From: Saprospiraceae bacterium
GTDB lineage: Bacteria > Bacteroidota > Bacteroidia > Chitinophagales > Saprospiraceae
Reading direction: 5' to 3'
Assembly (NCBI GenBank): GCA_049290115.1
Contig: JBATMZ010000238.1
Span: forward strand, 7,347 to 71,346
Length of the DNA: 64,000 nucleotides
Positions 19,804 to 29,437 of the stretch are shown one piece after another (within the stretch, counting starts at the first letter, position 1; each line of letters starts with the position of its first letter). The position numbers and the translations under genes were made by a program. The notes under the pieces were generated by a model, which saw only the letters and a list, made by a program, of their open reading frames with translations, had not been told where the DNA came from and ran no database searches.

Positions 19804-20253
19804 ATTATAATATAATTTAATATATAAGGTACAAAAAATGTGCCGATAATGATGATTTGTAAATTTATTAACGGTTTTTCATTTCCTCATATTACAAGTT
19901 AGATTTAATTCATAGAAGTTTTGGATTTAGATATTTATTTTACCTTTTAAAGAACTAAAAAACAAGGTAATAAAGTTTCCGTACAAAATGTTTGCAAAAT
20001 TCGTGCTTCGCCTAATTATGAAGTGTATACGTTGTTAATACTTCTAATAAATATTTAAACATGGAAAATATAAGGTAATTTATACTTTATAAGACTTAAA
20101 TTGTATAAATTTGTATTTTGATTTCATCTTTCCTGTATTTACACTTTTATTTTTGTTTTGGGATTCAAGATTGAATATATTTTTTTAATAAATTAGTATT
20201 CATGTTTTGATTATGAAGATATTATTAATACTAGATATTAAGATGAATATTGG

Positions 20254-22410
20254 ATGAAAGATAAATTATTTTTTGGTGCAAAATTTATGGTGAATAACTC
20301 CATTACTATTAAAAACTGGGCAATAGTCATTTTAATATCACTTGTTTTCTTTTCCAAACAAATAAGTGGACAAGTTACTTGGATTAAAAAACATAGTCCA
20401 AATGAAAATGTCCACACTATGCATGTTTCTAGTAATAACATCCTATATATGGGCACTACTAGTTATGGAATATTTGCTTCATCGGATGAAGGAAATTCTT
20501 GGCAAAACATAAGCCTTGGCCTCCCTGATTCAACGATCAGGGTTGTCCAGGTTTCTTCAGATAATAAGGTATTTATAGGTACTGGCAGTCATGGTTTATA
20601 TCAATATTTTAATGGTACTTGGACAGACATTAATAGCGGCCTTCCTTCTGGAAATATTCTTGTTACTTCATTTGCAGCTGGTTCTAATGGGATTATGTAT
20701 ATGATGAATACTACTGGACAAATATATTCATGGAATGGGTTGACTTGGACCAATATTACCTTTAATTTTCCTACATTAGGTAAACATTTGACAGTTGGAC
20801 CTGGAGGATTATTGTATGCAGGCGCATTTACTTTTGGCGTATATGTTTTTGATAACACAAATAATTGGACGTTGGTTGGAAACCCTATGCCCAATAATTT
20901 TGTGATTAAACTAACCGTGAGTAATTCGGATACGATTTACGCCCTTTGTAATAGTAATAATATTTTTCGTTGTCCCGCTTCCGGAGGCAACTGGACGTTG
21001 GTCAATTCGGGATTGCCGGTTGGCAATATGAGTTTTATCGCCACGGACGCTCAAAACCGGGTTTTTGTGGCACCGGCATCCGGAAGCCCTGCCATTTACA
21101 GGAGTATTAATGGAGGTACTAGTTGGTCGGTTATCACTAGTTCCTTGGCCACGACACTGTTTTCTAGTATTTCATTTTCTCCTTCCGGAATAATGTACAT
21201 TGGTGCATCCGGCGTTTTCAAGTCTGCAAATGGGGGCAATTCCTGGACCGATGTTAATTCAGGGCTGGATGCACCGAGAAGTATTTTTTGTATTAAAAGC
21301 TTGAGAAATGGAAGTTTGTTTGTAGGCACAAGAGCAGGTATTTGGAGATCATTGGACAATGGCGTTAGTTGGCAATTAAAAAATAACGGGGTTAATCATA
21401 TCCATGCTTTGCAAATAATGGAAACTGCAGATGGTAAAATACTTTTTCACGCTTTTAATAACGTTCCGAAAGGTGCCATTTACAGGTCTGTCAATAATGG
21501 TGACAGCTGGACTATGGTGGCGGCAAATGGCTGTGACTTATACACAAAAATTGTCCAACATAAAACCGATACTCTGTGGGCTATTAATAGGTTTGGTGGT
21601 TCTACTTCCCTTTCTTACTCCATAAACCAGGGTCAAACATGGCAAGATAATCCACTTGATGTTTCTGCGATTTTTGATATTGATGTGTCCAAAGAAAATA
21701 CAATTTTTATTGGGAGTGAATCGGAAGGCGTTTTGAGGTCTGATAACGGTGGTCAGACGTTTATCATCGGTGTCGGAAATTCAATTCCTTGGTATGGTAA
21801 TGTGTTGGAAGTAGAACGCGATGAAAATGGTTATATTTTCGCCGGGGGGGACTGGTGGAACAACGTTTTGTGGTTTTCAACGCCGGATGGAAATGGCAAT
21901 AACTGGACCCGATTTACAGATCCTGACTTGGTTGTCAGGGGTGTTCAGGATGTTATATTTGATCATTTTAATAACGCCTATGTTGCTTGCGAAGACGGGG
22001 GCATGCGTATGGCCATGAATACGACTTGGAGTGCCACAACCAACTGGATTCCTATTTCGTCAGGTCTATCTTCCAATACAGCCAATATGTATGAATTGAG
22101 TTTTGATACCAGCGGATTTATGTATGCCATTGCGTATACGGACAACGGACATAATGGTGGCGTGTATAAAAGTACAAACCCAGTCAATCTTTCACAATCA
22201 TCCATCTTTACTTTCATAGGTGATGGGCTTTGGAGTGATGTGTCTAATTGGGCATATCAGCAAAAACCACCCACTACATTATCAGGTAATAAAATGATCA
22301 TCATTGACCCACGATCAGGCGGTAAATGTATGTTGGACGAACCGATTCAACTATACAATGGGGCACAATTAAAAGTTGGCCCGGGCAAAATATTCGAATT
22401 GTCGGAATAG
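20254..22410 (+). CDS. secreted beta-propeller protein with degenerate Asp-box (BNR/sortilin/Ycf48-like) repeats
   Basis: Seven motifs of the form xDxGxSW at ~45-50-aa spacing: SDEGNSWQ, INGGTSWS, ANGGNSWT, LDNGVSWQ, VNNGDSWT, INQGQTWQ, DNGGQTF. N-terminal signal/TM (WAIVILISLVFFSKQISGQ). No T9SS C-terminal domain seen. Confidence 0.6.
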   Translation: MKDKLFFGAKFMVNNSITIKNWAIVILISLVFFSKQISGQVTWIKKHSPNENVHTMHVSSNNILYMGTTSYGIFASSDEGNSWQNISLGLPDSTIRVVQVSSDNKVFIGTGSHGLYQYFNGTWTDINSGLPSGNILVTSFAAGSNGIMYMMNTTGQIYSWNGLTWTNITFNFPTLGKHLTVGPGGLLYAGAFTFGVYVFDNTNNWTLVGNPMPNNFVIKLTVSNSDTIYALCNSNNIFRCPASGGNWTLVNSGLPVGNMSFIATDAQNRVFVAPASGSPAIYRSINGGTSWSVITSSLATTLFSSISFSPSGIMYIGASGVFKSANGGNSWTDVNSGLDAPRSIFCIKSLRNGSLFVGTRAGIWRSLDNGVSWQLKNNGVNHIHALQIMETADGKILFHAFNNVPKGAIYRSVNNGDSWTMVAANGCDLYTKIVQHKTDTLWAINRFGGSTSLSYSINQGQTWQDNPLDVSAIFDIDVSKENTIFIGSESEGVLRSDNGGQTFIIGVGNSIPWYGNVLEVERDENGYIFAGGDWWNNVLWFSTPDGNGNNWTRFTDPDLVVRGVQDVIFDHFNNAYVACEDGGMRMAMNTTWSATTNWIPISSGLSSNTANMYELSFDTSGFMYAIAYTDNGHNGGVYKSTNPVNLSQSSIFTFIGDGLWSDVSNWAYQQKPPTTLSGNKMIIIDPRSGGKCMLDEPIQLYNGAQLKVGPGKIFELSE

Positions 22411-22581
22411 CTTTCTTTATCTTAAAGCTTAAATAAGCATAATTTCCTTCTTTTGGCGGTGCAATGAGCCAATGGCACCATTACTTTTTATTGCTAACAA
22501 TAAAGCAGGTTTTAAACGAAATTAAATAGTTGAATCATTAATTTATAACCTCGATTCACAAATTAAATATCTTTACAATGT

Positions 22582-22589
22582 TATCTTTG
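22582..22589 (+). promoter_or_regulatory. Bacteroidota -7 box TATCTTTG (FG-GAP T9SS gene)
   Basis: Exact match 28 nt upstream of ATG 22618. Confidence 0.45.
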
Positions 22590-22617
22590 TTGCTTGGTAA
22601 AAAATACAAATCTAGAT

Positions 22618-25600
22618 ATGAATTTCAAATTATACTCACTTTTTATGTTTCTGGTAATCTTTACTAGCGGTTTAAGTGCCCAATCTTTGCCTTGGTCAAA
22701 AGTAGAATTAACACCTGTGTACAGTACGGCTAAAGCTCAGATGGAACCGTGTGCCAAAGGAGAACTTGTCATTTTGACTTCGGGTTCTTTGTACCATGTG
22801 TTGTACGATTCTTCTTATCAAATGATCGTAAGCGGAATCGAAAATCAAGTAACAAGTGTGGATCATTTTGTTTTGTGTGATATAGATTGGGATGGCGATT
22901 TGGATATTTTGGCTGTTGTACCGGATGCGCCGATTCAAGTCTATGAAAAAATAAATGACGAATTTATTTTTAATGCAAAACTGATAATTTTGAATGGAAT
23001 TAAGATGAAGACCCTTTCCATACATGACTACAATGATGATGGGCGAGGTGATTTGTTGGTCAATTTAGATTTATATGTAGCTGAAGGCCCCAACCAGTTT
23101 ACCAGAGTACACACTTCTTTACCTAGTAATTATATACCAAAAGTTGCCCAATTTTTTGATTATGACAAGGATGGTGATAAGGACTTGATGATGCAATTAG
23201 TCACCAATCTTTTTATGTATAGAAATAATGGAAATTCAGGTTTGTCTCAAATTAGTATACCCCAATTTAATCATAATACATCTTGGGCAAAAAAAATCAG
23301 AGTTGGACATCGAGATGAGGTAATTATTTATAGTGGCAGCCCTAAATTATTTTACAGATTGATATATGAAAATGGAACCTTTGATCAAAAAGAAATCGGT
23401 ACACTTACCCTGCAAACACAAGACTTTAATATACTAGCTATCGATATGGATGAAGATGGAGTGGAAGAATTGATCTCTAACCAACAATTCGCCAAACTTA
23501 CCTACATTCGATATGATACCATCCTAGATACTTTGACATTTCATACGTATGATGCAAGTAATCAACTGGGTTTTTGTGCCGATAGTCAAGTTAAAAATCT
23601 TTTACACATTCGTTTTGCTGACCGAATTGAAAGTGTTCAATGGGATGCTCAGCAACAAAAATTAGTCAAATTATTTTCATCTTCTACTGTTTTTATCCCA
23701 AGTCAATTTTTAGATATTGATGGCGACGGATTGGTTGATTTGTTGAACGGAAAAAATATTAGAAAATATTTGGGAGGTAGCACATTTGAAAATCCAGTGA
23801 CCGTAAATATTGACAGCACTGGTGGAGAATGGAGAGATTTTGATGGTGACCATGATTTGGATTATGTGTTGAAACACGGTTGGTATCAAAATATTGGAGG
23901 CCTTTTATTTAATCCATATACGTTAAGGACGCCCGACCCTGTATTTACTGACCCAGTTATTTTTTTTACAAATATAATTTTTAGAGAAGATATAGATGGC
24001 GATGGGGACATTGATGTTATTACGTATAATCGTTTTGGCGAACCATTAGAATTATATGAAAATGACAATGATGTTTTTACTTTGAGACAGGTTTTAGCGA
24101 CAAATGCCCATATAAGTGGATATCTAAGAGGCTTTCATTTTATAGACCTTGACGGCGACGGGTTGCGAGATATTTTATTTGCTGCAGCTAGTGGAATGAT
24201 TTGGATTAAAAATGAAGGTGGACTTAGTTTCGCAGAACCCAAGATTTTATATGATGATAATGAAAGCCCGCTTTTAGTTGACATAAGTGATATCAATTTG
24301 GACGGTATTTCTGATGTATTGCTGTCCACTGGTGAAATAATTACTGGGGCTGCCAAAGGTTCTGTTCACCTTTTTCTAGGTGCGTTTGAAGGTCAGCCCA
24401 AACACCATCAATTAGCTTCTGGCAATGGTTATCATCGGGCCAAATTTGCTCGATTGGATCAGTCTGGATGGAATGATATTGTCTATAGTAACGATAGTGG
24501 TATTACTACACTTAGGTTTGAAAATATTGGACAATATGTAAGTGATAAAATATCTTTTGATCAAAAAATTGACCATTTGTTTAGTGTGATTGACCTGGAT
24601 GGTGATGGAGACGATGATATTATTACCGCAAATACGAGTAGTAAGTTATTTTATTTAATCAATGGCACTTTTTCGGGAAATAGTTGCCCTGAAAGAGGTG
24701 TTTACTTAAGAAATCAACTGCAAGTTGATGAATTTTCAGAAAAATACGGACATTGCCCTGTAATTAAGGGTGACTTATTTATAGGCAATGTTACGAATAC
24801 TGTTTCGACAATAACGGATATTTCGGGATTAGAAAATATAAAAAAAATTGAAGGCGATTTAGTTTTTAGAAACAATACTCAAGTTAAAGATTTTTTAAAT
24901 TTTTCAACTTTGGATACCGTTTTAGGATCGTTTATCCTTGATCAATTTCTTACAACTGATTTAAAAGGTTTTGAAATCCTGAAATACATTGGAAAAGATT
25001 TATATTTAAAACACCAAGCTAATGGAAGTAATAATTGGCTATTAGATACAAAAGAACTTGGCAACGTTCAACATGTTGGAGGAAAAATCAACGTCTTATC
25101 TGATGCGTTTTCAAATTTAGGCATTCAGAGTCAAGAAGTATTTAATGGCGATATTACTTTTTTTAATGTCGAAAGGTTGAGCAACATTGATTTTCTTAAA
25201 AATACAAAAGAAATAAAAGGAAAACTTGATTTAGGTTATTGCGCTGTGACCACACTGGAACCTGCTAAAAATATTGAAAAAGTTAAAGAATTTATAGTTC
25301 GCAGTGAAGCATTAACCACGATAAGTATGAACTCAAAAATAGACTCTTTGTCGGGTTCATTAATTATTACAGGACAAAATATTGATAGAGATATTCTTGG
25401 TGAAAACGATTTTGCCAGACTTAAATATATAGGCGGAAACTTGAACTTGGGGTCAAAAACATTAACTGGATTTCAATCATTGCGTACACTACAAGGAAAT
25501 TTATCCTTGGGAGGAAGAGAAATTGCTTCAACTTTTTTACCTGATTTTCAATTTTTAGGTGGAGGTCTTTATTTGGGTGCATTTGAAAAAATTGAATCTG

Positions 25601-27273
25601 GATTTTTAAAATATATCGATTCTATCCCAGGTGCCATCAATTTTTTAGATAATACCTTCCCTGATTTAACTTTTATGTCAAATATTAAACAAACCCATCA
25701 ATTTGATTTAAATCTAAATCCAAATATTAGAGATCTCAACGGTTTACACCCTGATTTGAATATTTCAAATCGATTGTTGTTGTTTAGGTGTGCAAAGCTT
25801 AATCTTTGCGATGTTCCTTTTGTATGTAAACACATTGAAGCAGGCAAACCAATTATGTTGAGTAAAAATGGAGCTTTTTGTAGCGATGTTGCAGACTTAA
25901 CGTGTCTCAATAATTCTTTTACAGGACAAATCTTTTACGATTTCAATCAAAATGGAATAAGAGATCAAGATGAATATTCTATTCCTGATCAAAAAGTGAA
26001 AGCTTTAGGTAAACCACATTCCGTATTCACTTCAAACGATGGGATGTATCGTATATACTTCCAAGAAGGGGATTCTATAGATATTGGCTTACAAGATGTG
26101 AGCAAGTTTACTACTACGTCTCAGCCTGAACGTTTCATGGGTAGATTTATTCCTGATTTACCATCAAATGCAGGAAATGATTTTGGGGTAGTATATACCC
26201 ATACAGTACATCAATCGACGGTAAGAGGCCAAATGGGTATTTTTATATGCAATAGACCATTTACATGGGATGTTCAAATCACCAATGAAGGTAGTTTTGT
26301 CGAATTGAATAAAATGAAAATCCAACTTCCTGCTTCAATTCAATTGGATTCAATAGTTGGCTCAGCCTATACGTATGATGCATCTACGGGCGAGATTTGG
26401 ATAGAAATAGATACACTTTATCCTTTCGAAATATTTAGACCAAAGTTGTGGATGACTGCACCAGCTTGGGTTCCTCAAGGCAATAATACATATGTTTTTA
26501 ATACTACTTTGTTTGCCTACAATACGTGGGGTGAATTAGTTTTGATTGACCAATATACAGAAACGCCAAATCTATTGTGTTCTTACGATCCGAATGATAA
26601 ATTGGTAACGGGGCCTTATCAGGAATCCAATCTTCTATTTGGCAAACCAGACTATTTGGAATATGTCATACGATTTCAGAATACGGGAAATTACTACGCA
26701 GAAAATATTTTATTGGTTGACACATTGTCTAATTTTCTAGATGTAGATAGTATTGAAATTTTAATGTCCAGTCACGAACCTGTAGAAATAAGTTTGAAAG
26801 AAAATGTACTCAAATTTTATTTCCCAGACATTATGCTACCTGATTCTACCTTGGATTTTGTAGGAAGCCAAGGTTTTGTTCGTTTCCGAATTAAAACAAA
26901 ATCTGAACTACCAGCCAATGAAGAAATCAATAATACCGCTTTTATATATTTTGATTACAACGACCCTATAGTAACAAATACCGTGAAAAGTGTTGTGTTG
27001 TTGCCAGACGGAATAAAACACCAAGATCGTTTTGATGTATCGTTATTTCCTCAACCAGCTTTTGATAAACTAAACATAAAATATTCAGGTAACTTGGACA
27101 TGGGCGAGTGGACGCTTGGAATACATAGGGCGACGGGCGAACAAGTGATAAAAGTAGAAGGAAATGTTAACCTACCTTTGGATATTGGATCTTTAACACC
27201 TGGGTATTATGTCGTTCAGTTTTACAAACTTACTACTGGAGATAGATTTTTCAGAGGTTTTATCAAATTGTAG
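22618..27273 (+). CDS. giant T9SS-sorted surface protein: FG-GAP/VCBS repeats, receptor-L-domain-like solenoid, C-terminal sorting domain
   Basis: Signal peptide MNFKLYSLFMFLVIFTSGLSAQ. At least 11 DxDxDG-type loops (DIDWDGDLDIL, DYNDDGRGDLL, DIDGDGLVDLL, DLDGDGDDDII and others). Leucine-rich I.G.L.L..N segment. SYDPNDK beta-sandwich region. Terminal VSLFPQPAFDKLNIKY...YYVVQFY...GFIKL resembles a T9SS type A CTD. Start set to ATG 22618 because a TATCTTTG box at 22582-22589 ends 5 nt before the track's TTG 22594. Confidence 0.75.
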   Translation: MNFKLYSLFMFLVIFTSGLSAQSLPWSKVELTPVYSTAKAQMEPCAKGELVILTSGSLYHVLYDSSYQMIVSGIENQVTSVDHFVLCDIDWDGDLDILAVVPDAPIQVYEKINDEFIFNAKLIILNGIKMKTLSIHDYNDDGRGDLLVNLDLYVAEGPNQFTRVHTSLPSNYIPKVAQFFDYDKDGDKDLMMQLVTNLFMYRNNGNSGLSQISIPQFNHNTSWAKKIRVGHRDEVIIYSGSPKLFYRLIYENGTFDQKEIGTLTLQTQDFNILAIDMDEDGVEELISNQQFAKLTYIRYDTILDTLTFHTYDASNQLGFCADSQVKNLLHIRFADRIESVQWDAQQQKLVKLFSSSTVFIPSQFLDIDGDGLVDLLNGKNIRKYLGGSTFENPVTVNIDSTGGEWRDFDGDHDLDYVLKHGWYQNIGGLLFNPYTLRTPDPVFTDPVIFFTNIIFREDIDGDGDIDVITYNRFGEPLELYENDNDVFTLRQVLATNAHISGYLRGFHFIDLDGDGLRDILFAAASGMIWIKNEGGLSFAEPKILYDDNESPLLVDISDINLDGISDVLLSTGEIITGAAKGSVHLFLGAFEGQPKHHQLASGNGYHRAKFARLDQSGWNDIVYSNDSGITTLRFENIGQYVSDKISFDQKIDHLFSVIDLDGDGDDDIITANTSSKLFYLINGTFSGNSCPERGVYLRNQLQVDEFSEKYGHCPVIKGDLFIGNVTNTVSTITDISGLENIKKIEGDLVFRNNTQVKDFLNFSTLDTVLGSFILDQFLTTDLKGFEILKYIGKDLYLKHQANGSNNWLLDTKELGNVQHVGGKINVLSDAFSNLGIQSQEVFNGDITFFNVERLSNIDFLKNTKEIKGKLDLGYCAVTTLEPAKNIEKVKEFIVRSEALTTISMNSKIDSLSGSLIITGQNIDRDILGENDFARLKYIGGNLNLGSKTLTGFQSLRTLQGNLSLGGREIASTFLPDFQFLGGGLYLGAFEKIESGFLKYIDSIPGAINFLDNTFPDLTFMSNIKQTHQFDLNLNPNIRDLNGLHPDLNISNRLLLFRCAKLNLCDVPFVCKHIEAGKPIMLSKNGAFCSDVADLTCLNNSFTGQIFYDFNQNGIRDQDEYSIPDQKVKALGKPHSVFTSNDGMYRIYFQEGDSIDIGLQDVSKFTTTSQPERFMGRFIPDLPSNAGNDFGVVYTHTVHQSTVRGQMGIFICNRPFTWDVQITNEGSFVELNKMKIQLPASIQLDSIVGSAYTYDASTGEIWIEIDTLYPFEIFRPKLWMTAPAWVPQGNNTYVFNTTLFAYNTWGELVLIDQYTETPNLLCSYDPNDKLVTGPYQESNLLFGKPDYLEYVIRFQNTGNYYAENILLVDTLSNFLDVDSIEILMSSHEPVEISLKENVLKFYFPDIMLPDSTLDFVGSQGFVRFRIKTKSELPANEEINNTAFIYFDYNDPIVTNTVKSVVLLPDGIKHQDRFDVSLFPQPAFDKLNIKYSGNLDMGEWTLGIHRATGEQVIKVEGNVNLPLDIGSLTPGYYVVQFYKLTTGDRFFRGFIKL

Positions 27274-27316
27274 TCGTTCTGTTCATATCATGTTATAAAC
27301 ATAGTAAGCAGTCAAT

Positions 27317-27354
27317 AAAAAAAGGTGTGCTCTCGTAATGAGGGCACACCTTTT
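27317..27354. terminator. bidirectional intrinsic terminator between the convergent T9SS giant gene and rpsT
   Basis: An 11-bp stem GGTGTGCTCTC / GAGGGCACACC (one G-U pair) with loop gtaat. It is flanked by an A7 run upstream and a T4 run downstream. Confidence 0.8.
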
Positions 27355-27373
27355 ATACTGTTAACGGGTAGGG

Positions 27374-27625
27374 TTATAGGCTGTTGACAAATTTTGACAA
27401 CTTCGATTTTAAATTAGAAGCTTTGTTTTTATGCCAAGTGTTCTTTTTAGCTAATTTGTCAACCATACTGACAACTTTAGGTAAAAATGCTTGGGCATCT
27501 GCCTTTTCAGTCATTTTTCTCAATTTGGCAATAGATGTTCTTGCCGTTTTTTTATAATAACGGTTTCTAAGTCTGATTTTCAGATCTTGACGAATTCTTT
27601 TTTTGGACGATGCATGATGTGCCAT
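27374..27625 (-). CDS. rpsT: 30S ribosomal protein S20
   Basis: [27 protein letters not shown]..., 83 aa, strongly basic. This is the canonical S20 N-terminus. Confidence 0.95.
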   Translation of the reverse strand: MAHHASSKKRIRQDLKIRLRNRYYKKTARTSIAKLRKMTEKADAQAFLPKVVSMVDKLAKKNTWHKNKASNLKSKLSKFVNSL

Positions 27626-27661
27626 AAAAAACTAAATTTGAATATTTTCTAAATTGGAGCG

Positions 27662-27669
27662 CAAAAATA
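27662..27669 (-). promoter_or_regulatory. Bacteroidota -7 box TATTTTTG (rpsT)
   Basis: Plus strand reads caaaaata. The box is 36 nt upstream of ATG 27625. Confidence 0.45.
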
Positions 27670-27773
27670 ACGCTTTAATTTTACTTCTAAAACTTTTGTA
27701 AAAAAAAATGTATAAAATTCTTTAAAACGACGTGTTTTTATACTTTTACAACACTTCTACTTGTAATTATCTA

Positions 27774-27781
27774 TAACTTTG
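27774..27781 (+). promoter_or_regulatory. Bacteroidota -7 box TAACTTTG (GH16)
   Basis: Exact match 17 nt upstream of ATG 27799. Confidence 0.45.
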
Positions 27782-27798
27782 AGCTAATAAATTCCAAG

Positions 27799-28755
27799 AT
27801 GAGATCATTTTTTACCAACTTTTTTAGTTTTTGTCTCCTGATGACGCTGCCATATACTAGTCTATTTGGTCAAAAAAACCTCGTAAAAACCATTTTGACC
27901 GAAGCTTCATATTGTGATTTGGACTACTATAAATTGGTTTTTGAAGACAAGTTTGATGGAAATTCTTTAGACACAAACAAATGGTATACTTTTTACCCTT
28001 ACGGTGAAAATGAAAGGAAAGATTCTTGTTCTTTTTGTCGAACCCACGTTTCCGCCAATGTATATAAAGACGAAAATTGTGTAGTCTCTGACGGATTATT
28101 GAAACTTTACTCCGATACAGCTACCATCGATTGGTTTGGGAAAAGGTATTTTTTTAGTTCTGCGATGATCCATTCCAAAGCTATTTTTAAAACATACGGA
28201 AGGTATGAAATAAGCTGTAAGCTGCCCAAAGGACAACATCAATGGCCTGCATTTTGGATATTTGGTTGGAATACAGAGATTGATATTTTTGAGTTTATTT
28301 GTAAAGGAACCGAAAAGTTGGAAATGTCTATCCACAAGTGGTTGAGTAATGATTGTCCTAATGATAATCCAAGTTCTGGGGCGCCATGTTATAGTAATCG
28401 ATCGAAAACAGTTGATTTCGATATTGACTTTTCTGAAGATTTCCACCAATTTACGATGGAGTATGAAGCCCATGTGATTAAATTTTATATTGATGGTATT
28501 ATGGTAAGAGTAGTGCCTAAATATTATACTTTAAAGAAAAAACCAATCTACAATTGTGTCATTCCACCAGGAGAATATTATGTTGACCCTGCGTTTCCAA
28601 TTTATGGCGAACCAGTACAAGTTATTGCTAATCAATCTATTTGCCGAAAGCATAAAGAAAAAAATCCTGTTTTTCCCAACGTGATGTCGATTGATTACAT
28701 CCGGGTTTTACAGAAAACGATTCAGGAGGATTTTATAGAGCAAAAGCAGCCCTAG
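27799..28755 (+). CDS. glycoside hydrolase family 16 (beta-glucanase-like)
   Basis: Signal peptide. GH16 catalytic motif ExDxxE in WNTEIDIFEF. WPAFWIF just upstream, as in laminarinase-type GH16 enzymes. Confidence 0.8.
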   Translation: MRSFFTNFFSFCLLMTLPYTSLFGQKNLVKTILTEASYCDLDYYKLVFEDKFDGNSLDTNKWYTFYPYGENERKDSCSFCRTHVSANVYKDENCVVSDGLLKLYSDTATIDWFGKRYFFSSAMIHSKAIFKTYGRYEISCKLPKGQHQWPAFWIFGWNTEIDIFEFICKGTEKLEMSIHKWLSNDCPNDNPSSGAPCYSNRSKTVDFDIDFSEDFHQFTMEYEAHVIKFYIDGIMVRVVPKYYTLKKKPIYNCVIPPGEYYVDPAFPIYGEPVQVIANQSICRKHKEKNPVFPNVMSIDYIRVLQKTIQEDFIEQKQP

Positions 28756-28797
28756 TTAAAAAGAAATATAGTACACAGTCATTCGTAATGATAATTT

Positions 28798-29436
28798 ATG
28801 ATACAAAATATAATATTTGACTTTGGGGGAGTTTTACTCAATTTAGATATGCAAAAAACATATTCTGCATTGTCAAATCTTCTCAAAATACCGCTAGAAT
28901 ATCCAGATGTGCCAGAAGATATTAGACATTTGGTTTGGTCATATGAAACAGGTAAAATCAATAACGAAAGTTTTATTTGGCAATTACAACAAAGGTGTCC
29001 GAACCCAAAGCCGCAAGGATATGATGTCATCCAAGCCTGGAATGCAATGTTGTTGGGTTGGGAAAAACAAACATTTCCTTTTTTAGAAAAATTAAAGAAA
29101 AAGTATCGATTGTTTTTATTGAGCAATACCAATGTTTTACATATTGAATGGGTAAGGCAAGACTTAAAATTGAACCATGCTATCGTTGATTTTGAAGCTA
29201 AATTTTTTGAAAAAGCGTATTACTCTTATGATATTCAAAAACACAAACCTGATCCTAAAATTTACCAATATGTATTGGATGATGCGAGAATTATTGCTGA
29301 AGAAACACTTTTCATTGACGACAATCTGGCTAATATTATGGCGGCTCATGAATTGGGAATCCATGTATATCATCACGATCCGACAAAAAACTTAATCGAT
29401 ATATTTGACAAAAACGGTTGGATGCCAATAAACTGA
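28798..29436 (+). CDS. HAD-superfamily hydrolase (subfamily IA)
   Basis: Motif I IIFDFGGVLL, motif II LLSNTN, motif IV FIDDNLANI. Confidence 0.8.
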   Translation: MIQNIIFDFGGVLLNLDMQKTYSALSNLLKIPLEYPDVPEDIRHLVWSYETGKINNESFIWQLQQRCPNPKPQGYDVIQAWNAMLLGWEKQTFPFLEKLKKKYRLFLLSNTNVLHIEWVRQDLKLNHAIVDFEAKFFEKAYYSYDIQKHKPDPKIYQYVLDDARIIAEETLFIDDNLANIMAAHELGIHVYHHDPTKNLIDIFDKNGWMPIN

Positions 29437-29437
29437 T

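Noticed and set aside
22466-22487. ggtgc-n12-gcacc hairpin and a TGGCAC hexamer after the propeller gene, considered as a terminator or a sigma-54 -24 element
   Set aside because: The stem is only 5 bp with a 12-nt loop. No TTGC -12 element follows at the required spacing. I found no convincing TGGCAC-n5-TTGC site in any intergenic region of the window.
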